A stretch of DNA of 64,000 nucleotides from an uncultured beta proteobacterium (GTDB taxonomy: Bacteria; Pseudomonadota; Gammaproteobacteria; Burkholderiales; Gallionellaceae), in the NCBI GenBank assembly GCA_963813255.1, contig CAWEYD010000015.1, positions 13,486 through 77,485 on the forward strand. The letters are read 5' to 3'. The position numbers and the translations under genes are program-made. Shown here piece after piece: positions 11,054 through 23,016 of the stretch. The notes below the pieces were generated by a model. It made no database searches. It was given only the letters and a program-made list of their open reading frames with translations, and was not told the origin of the DNA. Each line of letters begins with the position of its first letter. Position 1 is the first letter of the stretch.

Positions 11054-11744
11054 TCAGTTCACCGACACCAGCGGCCGGATGAACTGGTAACCGGCCCCGC
11101 TGATGGCCTGCAGGGGATTTCGGCCGTCATCCAGTTTGGGCAGCTTGCGGCGCAGGCGGCTGATGCTGGCCTCAAGGGCGCGCGGGTCATAAACAGCGGG
11201 ATCTTTGCCCAATGCGCGTATCAGGGCGTCTCGGCTCACCTTGTGCTGAGGTTCTCCGGCAAGCGTTTCCAGCAGTGACATTTCCCAGTTGCTCAGCGGA
11301 ACGGGCGTGCTATCCGGCGGCTGCAATTCGGAGCGGGCCGGGAACAACTTCCAGGCTTGTGCAGGCATCGTCGTCGGTTGAAGGCGCAGCAGCAGATTGT
11401 CGATCACGGCCAGCATCTCGTTGAAGTCGATGGGCTTGACCAGATAGTCGTCTGCACCGGCGCGACGACATTCGAGGCGGTCGGCCGATTGGCTGCGCGC
11501 CGTGACCATGACGATGCCCATCGTCAATCCGAACCTTTCCCGCAAACGCCCCGCCAGCGCTGCGCCATTTTCGCCTGGCAGATTGAAGTCGAGCAGCACG
11601 ATCTCGGGGGCGAATTGCCGCAGGTTATGGTCCAGAGCGCGTCCCGCTCTCGACACCTCGCGCTTCATGCCCGGCGTAAACGAGGAAGGAAACGATCTCT
11701 TCCTGCTGGGCAAGGTCATCTTCTACAACGATAATGCGCGCCAT
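11054..11744 (-). CDS. OmpR-family response regulator, frameshifted near 11645
   Basis: MARIIVVEDD start joined to IVLLDFNLPGENG, GADDYLVKP and a winged-helix end ISRLRRKL...GAGYQF. Confidence 0.9.
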
Positions 11745-11772
11745 CTGTTTCGATTCATGAGGGTTTGCCGCA

Positions 11773-13739
11773 ATGCCCAATTTACGCATGCAACTGTCCG
11801 GTGTGCAAGCCTTGCTGAACCGGATGAATCTGCAAAGCCGTTTTTTGCTGATCATCGGAACGTCGTCGCTGCTGTTGGCTCTGGTGATCTGGGCGGTATT
11901 CAACAGCGTCACGTCAAGAGTGATCGACCGCATCGGCGTACGTTTCGCCGAGAAGCAGGTGCTGTATGACAAGGCGCGCACCTTGCAACCTTTGATACGC
12001 GAGGTGGCGCTGGCGCAGCACATGGCGGACAGCGCCATCATCAAACGGTGGGCGGCGAACGAGCGCGATCCCAAATTGAGTGCAGCCGCGTTGGCAGAAA
12101 TGGAGGAGTTCCGGAAGAACTTCCAGGACCGCAGTTTCTTCCTGGCGCTCGCCGGATCGGGGCATTACTACTTCAACGATGCCAGCGGCCAATATCTCGG
12201 CCGCGAGTTGCGTTATACGCTGCGCGATACCAACCCGGGTGACGCGTGGTTCTACGCCACCATCAGGAGCGCGCAGGATTACCACATCAATGTGGACCCG
12301 GACGCCAAGCTGGGCGTGACCAAGGTGTGGATCAACGTGCTGCTGCGCGATGGTGACAAGGTGCTGGGGGTGATCGGCACCGGGCTGGATCTGAGCGACT
12401 TCATCCGCAATGTGGCGGACATCAACCAGCCCGGTATCACCAATCTGTTCGTGGATCAGGGATGGGGCGATCCAGATCTACCGCGATGTGCAATACATCG
12501 ACTTTTCCAGCATCGCCAAATCCGCGGACAAACGCAGATCGATAGATCAATTGCTGGAACGTCCCAACGACCAGGCGTGGGTGCGTCAGGCTGTTGCCGC
12601 GGCCGATGCGGGCAGCAGGACCGTGCCTACCGGCCTGGTGCAGATCAAAGGCAAGCGCTATCTGGCCGGCGTGGCCGCCTTGCCGGAGGTGGGCTGGTAC
12701 GACGTGACACTGCTCGACCTCGACGTGCTGTTGCCGCAGCGCGACTTTCTTGACATGGCGCTGGCTGTGGGCGCGGCCGTGCTGGGGATATTGCTCGTGC
12801 TGGCGTTCACTTTGCACCGGCTTGTACTCAGGCCGGTGGCGAAACTGACCGATGCCGCGGCGCGTGTAGCGCAGGGGGATTTCGCTCATGCCGGGAATGG
12901 AGCATGGCAGGTGGCGAGGTCGGGCAGCTTGCCACACAGTTCAACTCGATGACCGATTCCATCCAGAAAACACAGAACTGGCTGGAGGAGGCTGTCGCCA
13001 AACATACCCGCGAACTGCTCGATGCCAAGCGCATGCTGGAGATCTCACTGGAACAGGAGAAGGCCGGGCGGGAGGCGCAGGTCAATCTGCTGGCCTTGAT
13101 GGCGCATGAGGTGCGCAGTCCGGTCGCCGTGATAGGCAACACCGCGCAGATGTTGAAGGCGCTGGCCGCCAGCGAAAAGCCGGAATGGCTGCCACGCATC
13201 GACAAGATCATGGTTGCGGTGCGCCAACTGGCGCAGTTGATGGACGAAGTCCTGGCGGACGATCGCATCGGCTTGAAGAGCAGGGGGCTGGAGCGGCAGC
13301 GCGGGGACCTCAATGTCTTCTGCAACGAACTGCGCTTGAGTCAGATGGCGTTGCGCGGAAAGAGCTATCCGTTTTGAGCCCTGTGCCGGCGATGCAACCA
13401 TCTATGCCGACTGGCAGCTCATCAAGATCGCCGTCTCCAATCTGATCGACAACGCGGAAAAGTATTCGCCATCCGGGAGCGAGATAAGCTTGCGCGTGCG
13501 ACGTGCCGAGCCGCACGCCATGTCCATCGAAGTGACACGATCAGGGGAAGGCCATTTCTCCGGAACTGCGGGAGCGTATCTTCGAAAAATTCATTCGCGG
13601 TCAGCATAACGAAGACGTGCAGGGAATCGGGCTCGGCCTTTATCTGGTCAACTGGATAGTCCGGCTGCACGGCGGACACGCCGAAGTCGTGGCAACGGAA
13701 GAGGGCAACACCTTCCGTCTGGTACTGCCGCAACGCTAG
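11773..13739 (+). CDS. Sensor histidine kinase (TM-Cache-like-TM-HAMP-HisKA-HATPase), several frameshifts
   Basis: Fragments 11773, 12410 and 12904 give two TMs, HAMP and H-box MAHEVRSP. Downstream DNA encodes NLIDNAEKYS and GIGLGLYLV, with a stop at 13739. Exact start uncertain. Confidence 0.87.
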
Positions 13740-14122
13740 ATCTGCAATGGCGATCTGAGCGGAAGATGCTGCGGCTGCCCGGCACCGGCCAATTGTCAGG
13801 ATTTGTCAGCCTTCCTCGAAAGTCCATTGATATGATTCGGCCCGAAAATGGGGCAATGAAAATCATTCTCTGTTGTCAGGCCATTATCCAAAATTCAATT
13901 TCCTCGCGCAGTGACCTGCTTTTGCCGTCGCCTTGACGGCAAGAGCGCGCGGAACTTGAAGCGTGAAGCCTGAAGCTGTGTCTGCGGTCGCAACCTCTTA
14001 ACAGTGTCTGCCGCCTTTCCGACACCGGTGACGATTTACTCTCAGATTTGAATGTGCCTGTCGCCAGACAACATCGTCTGGCTGACTATATATGTGCTCG
14101 TTTTGGTGGCGTGATTGATGTG

Positions 14123-14135
14123 TAACGCGTTGATA
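14123..14135 (-). promoter_or_regulatory. IHF binding site
   Basis: Minus strand TATCAACGCGTTA matches WATCAANNNNTTR exactly, next to an AT-rich tract about 30 bp upstream of a sigma54 site. Confidence 0.6.
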
Positions 14136-14165
14136 TATTAATTGAATGTGGCATTTGAGGTTGGC

Positions 14166-14181
14166 TGGCATGGAGTGTGCT
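14166..14181 (+). promoter_or_regulatory. Sigma54 (-24/-12) promoter of the DUF11 operon
   Basis: TGGCATGGAGTGTGCT: GG-N10-GC spacing, close to TGGCAC-N5-TTGCW. Confidence 0.62.
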
Positions 14182-14337
14182 AGCTATGTGTCAGTGGATT
14201 AGCAGGTCAACTGATATGTTGATGTAGTGCCGACAAGAATAAACAGGTATAGCGAGGAAGAGTATTTGCCCGAGTGCAGAACCGAGCGGTGTGCCGAAAG
14301 GCGCGTCCGCCCGGCTGGAAGATAAATCCAAGTATGA

Positions 14338-15381
14338 GTGACATCCAACGGCAAAAAAATTGAGCTATTCACCCGCCTGGTCTGCGGGTGCGTATCCCTT
14401 TTGCTGCTATTTCCCGCAGTCCGGATGGGCGGTCGGTACCGCCGCAGGAACCGTCATCTCCAACGTCGCGACCGTGAGCTACGGACTGGGCGGCGTTGCC
14501 CAGCCGGCCATCACCAGCGCGGCGGCAACGATCAAGATCGACGAAGTCATACAGCCCACGCTGACCTGGCAGGACGGCACGCCGGTCATCGTCAACTCGC
14601 CGGGAACGAACGGTGCGCTGACCTTCCTGTTGACCAACAGCGGCAACGGCCAGGAAAGCTTCGGTTTGGTTCGCACCAATGGCCCGGCTCCGCTTCCCGC
14701 AGGGAATTACACGCCGCTGAACGGGACTGTCGGTTCGATGTATCTGGAAAACGGCTTGCTGGCCGGGTTCCAGGCTAGCGGCCCGAATGCGGACACGCTC
14801 TATGTGCCGGGGGTGAACGATCCCAAGCTGTCGGCGGATGCGGGGCAATTCATCTATGTGGTCAGCGATACGCCCGTGGTCACGCCGAACTACGCGCGGG
14901 GACGTATTGCTGCAAGTCGCATCCATGACCGCCGGCGCTAGCGGGTGCCGCACCGGGAACCAGTCTGGCCAATGCGGGGCAAGGCGGCGGCTTCGCCGTG
15001 GTGGGCAGTGGACGTGCCCAAGCGAGTGCGACCGGCAGCTATCTCAGCAACGGGCTGGGCTTTGCCATGACCAAGACCGTCACCAGCGTGCTCGATCGTA
15101 ATGGTACCGCGGTGCTGATGCCGGGCGCGGTGATGACCTATCAGATCCTCGCCACCCTGTCGGGTGTGGGCACTGCCAACAATCTTGTGATCGCCGATCC
15201 GCTGCCCGCCAATGTCACCTACGTGCCTGGCAGCATCATGGTGGATGGGGTCGCCAAGACCGACGTGGCCGATGCCGACAACGCCCAATTCATCAATGCC
15301 ACTCAAACCGTTTCTGTGTCGCTGGGGAATGTTGCCGCCCCGGCGAATGTCGTCATCACCTTGCGCGCAACGATCAATTGA
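14338..15381 (+). CDS. Secreted DUF11-domain protein (putative minor fibre subunit), frameshifted
   Basis: Signal peptide then GTAAGTVISNVATVSY. C-terminal domain MTKTV..PGAVMTY..IADPLP..VITLRATIN*. Pieces come from ORFs 14338, 14360 and 14998. Confidence 0.78.
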
Positions 15382-15392
15382 AGGAGGCTGTA

Positions 15393-15890
15393 ATGCGTAT
15401 TTCCCGTTTACTGTTCACCACCACGCTGCTCACCCTGCTGGGTGGATATTCGCTGGCTGCCCAGGCGGCAGACGGTGCCATCAAGGTGAGCAGCATCGCC
15501 GAAGTGGAAGTCGTCACGGTCGGCAAGGATGGCAACAAGACCGTCAAGCGCGCCTCTCCCGAAAAAGCCGTTCCCGGCACCGAGGTGATCTTTACCAACA
15601 GGTTCGAGAACGTCGGCAACAAGGCGGCGAGCGACATCGTAATCAACAATCCCGTCCCCAACGACACCACTTACAAGGCAGGCAGCGCCTTTGGCAAGGA
15701 CGCCGTCGTCGTCTTCTCCGCGGATGGTGGCAAGACCTTCGATACAGCCGACAAGCTGAAGGTCAAGGGCGCGGATGGAAGACAACGCAATGCGCTGCCT
15801 GGCGAATACACGCATATCCGCTGGACCTACAAGGGCCAACTGGCGCCAGGCAAATCCGGCGAAGTTGGCTTTAACGCGGTCATCAAATAA
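15393..15890 (+). CDS. Secreted single DUF11-like domain protein (putative chaperone or cap)
   Basis: AGGAGG RBS, signal peptide ..AAQA, AVPGTEVIFTNRFENVG..IVINNPVP..YKAGSA..HIRW..GEVGFNAVIK*. Confidence 0.85.
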   Translation: MRISRLLFTTTLLTLLGGYSLAAQAADGAIKVSSIAEVEVVTVGKDGNKTVKRASPEKAVPGTEVIFTNRFENVGNKAASDIVINNPVPNDTTYKAGSAFGKDAVVVFSADGGKTFDTADKLKVKGADGRQRNALPGEYTHIRWTYKGQLAPGKSGEVGFNAVIK

Positions 15891-16105
15891 CTGGGGCAGT
15901 CATGAACCACTCTTTTTCGAGTTATCCAGGGCGTTACGCAATGCCCGAAGCAATGACGGATCCGCCACGGATCTGTTTCCCTATTTCTGGGCACGGCCCG
16001 TTGAGCAGGAGGAACTTGCCATGAACAGAAAAAAATAAGCAGCAAGCATTTAGTAGTGACCAGTGGTTTAAGCAGTTTTTGGATGTGTTTAATAGGAGAA
16101 ATGAA

Positions 16106-17341
16106 ATGAAGCGAACTCATATGAGTAGAACTTCCAAACTCGCCGCCTTGTTGGCCGGTGCGACGATGTTTGGTCTGGTTACACAAAGCGCGTTGGCTGC
16201 CGGTACGGCATCCGGCACCTCCATCGGCAACCTGGCGACCCTGAGCTATACGGTCGGCGGCGTGACTCAGACCCCGATCGGTTCCTCGGCAACCGGCAAC
16301 ACAGTGGGGGCAGGTACCGCCACCACGTTCGTGGTCGACAACAAGGTCAATGTGACTGTCACTGAAGGCAACACGACGTTCACCACAGTCGTGCCCGGAC
16401 AACTGGCCGCTGTGACCACCTTTACCGTAACCAACGCCGGTAACACTACGCAAGACTTTGCCTTGGCCGCTGCGAACGCTGCAGCCGGTCAGACTCTGTT
16501 TGTCCCCCTGCTGACTGACAACTTCGATGCCACCAACGTGAAGGTGTTCGTTGAGTCGGGTGCAACTGCGGGTTTCCAGGCGGCGCAAGACACCGCGCTC
16601 TTTGTTGACGAACTGGCGGCTAACGGCACTGCGACGGTGTACGTCGTCACCGATATCCCGGTCGCGCAAATCAACAATGACGCTGCATTGGTCAGCCTGA
16701 CCGCCACCACCGAAGCTGGTGGTACTGCGGGCACGCAAGGTGCGGTAGTTGCCGAAACCACTACTGCCAACACTGCTGGTGTGGATGTGGTGTTCGCCGA
16801 CGCTGCGGGTTCCGATGAGATCGCAAGGGACGGCAAGCACTCCGCTCGCGACGCCTACAAGGTGGTTTCCGCCATCATCAGCGTAGCCAAGACGGTAGCG
16901 CTGCTGTGCGATCCGTTCAACGGCTCGACCAACCCGAAGAACATCCCGGGTGCGGCGGTACAGTACGCGATCACCATCGCCAACACCGGTGCGGCAGCAG
17001 CGACCTTGAGCCAAGTGACCGACAGCCTGAATGCGGCTCTGGCTTTTGACACCACACTGATCAGTGGTGCGGGCGCCGGTGCGAATTGCGTGGGCGGTGC
17101 AGGTACTCTGTCGGCCACGGGATTCGGTGCGGTGGCTGGCGTGGGTGCAACGACCTATGTTGCTCCCGGTCTGGCAGCGCAAGCGGTCACCGCAGGTGCC
17201 TCCGTAGCTGGCGCAGTGGGCGCGCAAACGGTCACCATCAACTACGGCACGTTGGCGAGCCCGGCGACTGCAGCTCTGGTGGGCGGTGTGTTGCCGGCAG
17301 GCGATTTCGTCACGGTTTATTTCAACGCGTTCGTGCAATAA
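16106..17341 (+). CDS. Secreted DUF11-domain protein (putative major fibre subunit)
   Basis: AGGAG RBS, signal peptide ..SALA, N-terminal GTASGTSIGNLATLSY, C-terminal VAKTV..DPFNGSTNPKNIPGA..VTDSL..YFNAFVQ*. Ala/Thr/Gly/Val-rich. Confidence 0.88.
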   Translation: MKRTHMSRTSKLAALLAGATMFGLVTQSALAAGTASGTSIGNLATLSYTVGGVTQTPIGSSATGNTVGAGTATTFVVDNKVNVTVTEGNTTFTTVVPGQLAAVTTFTVTNAGNTTQDFALAAANAAAGQTLFVPLLTDNFDATNVKVFVESGATAGFQAAQDTALFVDELAANGTATVYVVTDIPVAQINNDAALVSLTATTEAGGTAGTQGAVVAETTTANTAGVDVVFADAAGSDEIARDGKHSARDAYKVVSAIISVAKTVALLCDPFNGSTNPKNIPGAAVQYAITIANTGAAAATLSQVTDSLNAALAFDTTLISGAGAGANCVGGAGTLSATGFGAVAGVGATTYVAPGLAAQAVTAGASVAGAVGAQTVTINYGTLASPATAALVGGVLPAGDFVTVYFNAFVQ

Positions 17342-17356
17342 GCGACGAGATAAGCA

Positions 17357-20300
17357 GTGCTTGATTGTCTGACAATCAGTCCATCCCCGACCCGCACGGT
17401 ACGCCGTGCGGCAGGGGATGTGTTTGGCAGGTTGGCCGCAGGGCCAGCCCGCCTTTTGCTGCGCACTTCCCGTGTGCAGCAAAAGGCGTCTGTATTCGCA
17501 GCGGCGGTCGTGTTCAGTGCTGGCGCATGGGCGGTCACACCGGTCAATACGCCGATCACCAACACCGCCACCGCCACCTACAGCGTGGGTACAGGCACGG
17601 CACAGACCAATCTGTCGACCATCAGCACCTCGACGGTGAACACGGCAGCGTGCGTGACCTTGGGGGTGAAGGTCGATCTCATGCAATACATACCGCCCGG
17701 CCGTGCCGCACAGGCTCCGGCGAATGCCAGCTATGAAGTGGTGCATGCCAGTGCCTATTCCCCCAGCGGCGCACTCACCGGCCCGTTCACGCCTCTGGCC
17801 AACCCGACCCTGCTGGGAACGGCTATACCGGCCACTTTGCCGTCCAATCTGCTGCTGGCGCCGCTCAAGGATGCCGCCGGGAATACGGTCGCGACCTATT
17901 CGCGCAACGAGCCGATCTTCGTGCGCGTGGTCAGTTATGGCGCCAACACCAATGCCGCCGTGGCCGACACCATCGTGGTGACGCTGGCCACCAACCAGAG
18001 TGGCGACAGGGAAGTGCTGCAACTCACCGAGACTGGCCCTTCGACCGGGGTGTTCGTGGGGGCGATCTCGACCGTGTTCTCAGCGCTCGAGTCGGGTGCC
18101 ATCTCCAACGATGGGCACATCACCGTGACCCCCGACGAGGAGACCATCACCGGCATCTACATCCACACGGACTGCAATACCGGTGCGAGCATCGCCAGTT
18201 CCAGCAGCGGACTGATCGACCCTTACGGTGTGGTGTTCGATTCCGCAACGGGCGCACCGGTCAACGGCGCAAAGATCACCCTGATCGATACGGCGACCGG
18301 CTTGCCCGCTATCGTGTACTGCGACGACCAGGTCACCGTGTTGCCGCAGCCGCTCACCAGCGGCGCGCCCACCGCCTGCGATGCCACCATGGGCGCGGGG
18401 AGTTACCGCTTCCCGCAGGTCGCGGCAGGCAGTTACCGTCTGGTGGTCGTGCCGCCCGCAGGCCATGTGTTCCCCTCTGCCGTCGCATCAGCGAGCCTGC
18501 CGGCTGTAGTCGGCCTGCCAGCAGACGTACCTTCCGTCCTGGGCAATCCCGGCCTGACGCCCGGTGCCTCGTACGGTGGCGTATTCACGCTGTGGGGGCC
18601 GGCATTGAAAGTGGACATCCCGGTGGACTCGGGTTCGAACACGCTGACCATCCAGAAGACAGCGGACAAAGCCGTGGTCTCCACCGGCGAATATGTGCCT
18701 TACAACCTGAACATCAGCAACAACAGCGCCGTGGCCCTGACAGGCGTGCAGGTCGCCGACCATGTGCCGGTCGGTTTCCGCTACCAGAAGGGCTCGGTGA
18801 AGCTGGACGGGGTAGTCACCAACGAGCCTTTGATCTCGGCGGATGGCAGCACCCTGACCTTCACCCTGAATATGGCTGCAGCGGGCAAGGCGACGGTACG
18901 TTACGTACTGGAAGTGACCGCTGGTGCGCGCACCGGTACCGCGGAAAACACCGCGACCGCAGTGGGCGGCGTCACTTCCAACACCGGCCGCGCCAGCGTG
19001 CTGGTGCGCGAAGACTTGTACCGCAACAAGGCGATATTGATCGGCCGCGTGATCGATGTGTCGCGTCCGGACAACGAGGAGTTCGCCAACCCCAACGACA
19101 CGAAGAGCGTCTGCGACGACAAGGTGGACAACGATTTCCGCGGGCTGGCGAAAGCGCGCGTCGTGATGCAGGACGGCACTTATGTGCTGACCGACAGGGA
19201 AGGCCGCTGGCACATCGACAATCTGCGCGCCGGAACCCACGTGGTGCAGCTGGATCTGGATTCCCTGCCCAAGGATTATGAAGTGGTGGACTGCGAACAG
19301 AACGACCGCTTCGCCGGCCGCCTGTATTCGCAGTTCGTCAATCTGCAGGGCGGCAGCCTGTGGCGCGCCGATTTCCATGTGCGCAAGAAGCCGTCGCTTG
19401 CACGCCGCCTCACCCAGACTTTGAGCGCGCAAGCCGAAGTCGGACAACACCGTGGTGGGCTTGCGTGTGGAAGGCAGCACCGAAGTGACCGGCTACAGCG
19501 CCACCGTGATGCTGCCGGAATACGCGCTGTACGTGAATGGCAGCGCAAGGCTGAACGGCGAGCCGGTGGCCGATCCCGTCGTGGTCGGCAATGTGCTGAT
19601 CTTCCGCAGCCTGGCCAAGCCAGCCAAGTGGCAGGACCAGTACCAGTTCGAGTCGGAGAACATCGGGCCCAAGGCCACCATTCAATCCTCGGTGCGCTTC
19701 ACCCCGCCCGGACGTGCCGCACAGACCGCCCCCTTGGCGCAGATCGCCATGCTCAACCATGCTGCGACCAGCGGTCGACAGCTCGGCCGATGTGCTGGTC
19801 GAAGCCGCCGACAGCCGCCCCGCGAAAACGCCGATGGATGACGATCCGACCCGCCTGCTGGAAAAACTGCCCTACACCGAAACGTGGCTGGCTGCAGCGC
19901 AGCCGGGCGACGAATGGCTGCATCCGCAGTCCAGCTTCCACCCCAATCTGCCGGTGATGATGGTGGCGGTGAAGCACGACCCGAAACATAAATTGTCGCT
20001 GACGGTGAATGACGAGCCGGTCGATGCGCTGGCCTATCGACGGCATGCAACTGAACGCGACGCGCACGGTCGCCCTCAGCAACTGGCGCGGTGTGCAGGT
20101 GCATGAAGGCGACAACAAGTTCGAACTGGTGATACGCGATGCCGACGGCAAGGAGGTCAGCCGTGAAGTGCGCAGCGTCCACTACGCCTCGACCCCGGAC
20201 CACGTCGAACTGTTGCCGCTGCAATCGCGCCTGATCGCCGACGGCAAGACACGTTCCATCATCGCCGTGCGCTTCCTCGACAAGGACGGCGTGCCCGTGC

Positions 20301-23009
20301 GTCGCGGCATCAACGGCGAATTCCAGTTGAACGACCCCTATCGTTCGGCCCAGCGCCGCGAGGCTATCGAGCGCGAGCCGCTGGTCGGCAATGTGGGCGG
20401 CAAGGCACGTTTCGAGGTGGGGAACGACGGCATCGCCATGATCGAGCTGGAGCCCACCACGCAATCGGGCGAAGCCGTGCTCAGCTTCCAGTTCAACGAC
20501 ACCCGCATCCAGCTGCTGCGCGCTTGGCTGGAGCCTGGCCAGCGCGACTGGATACTGGTCGGTTTTGCCGAAGGCACGGCGGGACACAAGACGCTGTCCG
20601 GCAACATGCAGAACCTCAAGGCGACCGATGCGGACAACCAGTTGTTCGACGGCAACAAGCTGGCGTTCTACGCCAAGGGCAGTATCAAGGGCGATTACCT
20701 GCTGACCGTCGCCTACGACACCGCCAAGCAGACCAACGCCAAGCTGCTCAAGCAGGCAATCGATCCCACGCAGTATTACACCCTGTATGCCGATGCCACC
20801 CAGGCCCAGCATGACGCGGCCTCGTCCAGCAAGCTGTACCTGAAACTGGAGCGCAAGCAGTTCTATGCCATGTTCGGCGATTTCGACACCGGCCTCACCG
20901 TCACCGAGTTGTCGCGCTACAGCCGCACCGTGAACGGCGTGAAGAGCGAATACAAAGGCGAGCAACTGGGCTACAACGCCTTCGCCACCGTCACCGCGCA
21001 AGCATATGTGAAAGACGAGATCCAGGGCAACGGCACCTCCGGCCTATACAGGCTGTCGCGCAGCAACATCGTGATCAACTCCGACAAGATCCGCATCGAG
21101 ACCCGCGACCGCTTCCAGTCGCAGAACATCGTCAGCACGCACGTCCTGACCCGTTATCTGGATTACGACATCGATTACAACTTCGGCACCCTGAGCTTCC
21201 GCGAGCCCATCCAGAGCCGCGACGGCAGCTTCAACCCGACCTACATCGTGGCTGAATATGAATCGGCCGACCCGATAGACAGCAAGGCGACCTTCGGCGG
21301 ACGCGGCAGCTTCAAGCCCATCAAAGATCTCGAGATCGGCGCGACGGCGGTGCATGAGGGCACGGTCGGTGCGACCGGCAATCTGACCGGCTTCGATGCC
21401 ACCTACATGCTCAGCGAGCAGACCAAGGTGCGCGCAGAACTGGCCGGTACTGACCGCAACCGCATCGGCAACGTCGCCAGCGGCAACGCCTGGCTGGGCG
21501 AAGTGACCCACCACGAGGCAGCATGGGACAGCAAGGTGTATCTGCGCGAGCAGAGCGGCGGCTTCGGCTTCGGCCAGCAGGCCGCGTCGGAGATCGCCAC
21601 GCGCAAGGTGGGGTTCGATGGCCGCCTGAAGCTGGATGCCACTTCGCAGCTGAAGGGACAGGCCTACCAGCAGGACAACCTCACCACCGGGGCGAAGAAC
21701 ACCGTGCTGGAAGCGCGCGTCGACGAGAAGATCAGCGAAGCGTTGAACGCCTACTACGGCGCTCGCACCGCACGCGACACCAATGCCAATATCAACAGCC
21801 ACAGCGACCAGCTGCTGGCCGGTGCCGCCTATACTGCGCTGGACCGGAAGCTCACCCTGCGCGCCAGCGGGCGAGCTCAGTGCAGGCACGGCGGGCAGCG
21901 TCGCCATGCCGAACCGTTTGATCCTGGGTTCCGATTACAAGCTGACCGAACAGACCAAGGCCTTCGCCGAACAGGAATTCGCGCGCGGCGAAAAGATCTC
22001 CGCCAACACTACTCGCGTCGGTCTGCGTACCCAGCCCTGGATGGGCGCCGAGATGTCGGCTTCCGTGGCAGACAATTTCACCAACGACGCGGAGCGCCTG
22101 TACGCCAACATGGGCATGGTGCAGCGCTGGCAGATCACCGAGCACTGGCAGACCGATTTCAGCGTCGACCGCAGCCAGACCATGCGCAACACCGCGCCCC
22201 AGTTCAACCTGAACACGCCGCTCCCCTCCGGCACCACATCGCCTGCGGCAGGCTACACCGGCGACTTCACCGCCTTCGCGGTAGGCGGCGGCTATAACGA
22301 CAAACTGTGGAGCGGCAACGGCCGCGTCGAAGTGCGCAACGCCAGCTTGGGCAACCAGAAGAACCTGCTGCTCGGCATGCAGCGCAACCTGGAAGAAGGG
22401 CGCTCGATGGCCGTGGGCTACACCATGCGCCAGACGGACAGTCCGCTCGTCAATACCCGCAACAGCGATCTGCGCCTGTCGTTCGCGCATCGCCCGCATG
22501 ACAGCGAATGGGTCTGGCTGGATCGCGCCGACTTCATCACCCAGACATCGCAAGCGGCCGGCAGCACCCTCAAGGGCGACAAGCTGGTGAACAACTTCAA
22601 CGCCAACTGGATGCCCAGCCGCCATACCCAGGTCTCGCTGCAATACGGTTCCAAGTACGTGCTGGACACGATCGACAACACCGACTACAGCGGTTACACC
22701 GACCTCATCGGCGCGGAAGTGCGCCACGACCTGAACCAGGATTGGGATGTGGGCGCGTTCGGCTCGGTGCTGCGCTCGGTGAATGCCGGCGTGCGCAGCT
22801 ACGGTGTGGGCGCGTCGCTCGGTTACAAGCTGATGGAGAACATGTGGGTCTCCGGCGGCTACAACCTGCGCGGCATGGATGATCGCGATTTCGCCAATGC
22901 GGCCTATCGCGCAAAAGGACCGTTCATCACACTGCGCATGAAGGTCGACCAGGACACCTTCGGGTTGAACGATGGCGGCCAACGCAGCCGTCCGTTGAGT
23001 GGAGAGTAA
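17357..23009 (+). CDS. Large (~1,880 aa) outer-membrane protein: Ig-like and DUF11 domains plus C-terminal beta-barrel; 4 frameshifts
   Basis: Reconstructed from ORFs 17357, 19452, 19714, 20009 and 21783. Contains DPYGVVFDS (SdrD/CnaB-like), a full DUF11 (IQKTADK..VADHVP..AENTAT) and amphipathic beta-strand C-terminal ~700 aa ending ..GPFITLRMKVDQ.. Start uncertain. Confidence 0.8.
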
Positions 23010-23016
23010 AGTCTTT

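Noticed and set aside
13900-14330. Possible c-di-GMP riboswitch upstream of the adhesin operon
   Set aside because: Only a GAAA-capped hairpin is visible. I could not match the GEMM or class II consensus; an Infernal search is needed.
15827-18022. Long antisense ORFs (731 aa here, 659 aa at 38876-40855, and others)
   Set aside because: These are shadows of GC-rich sense genes and have no recognisable motifs.
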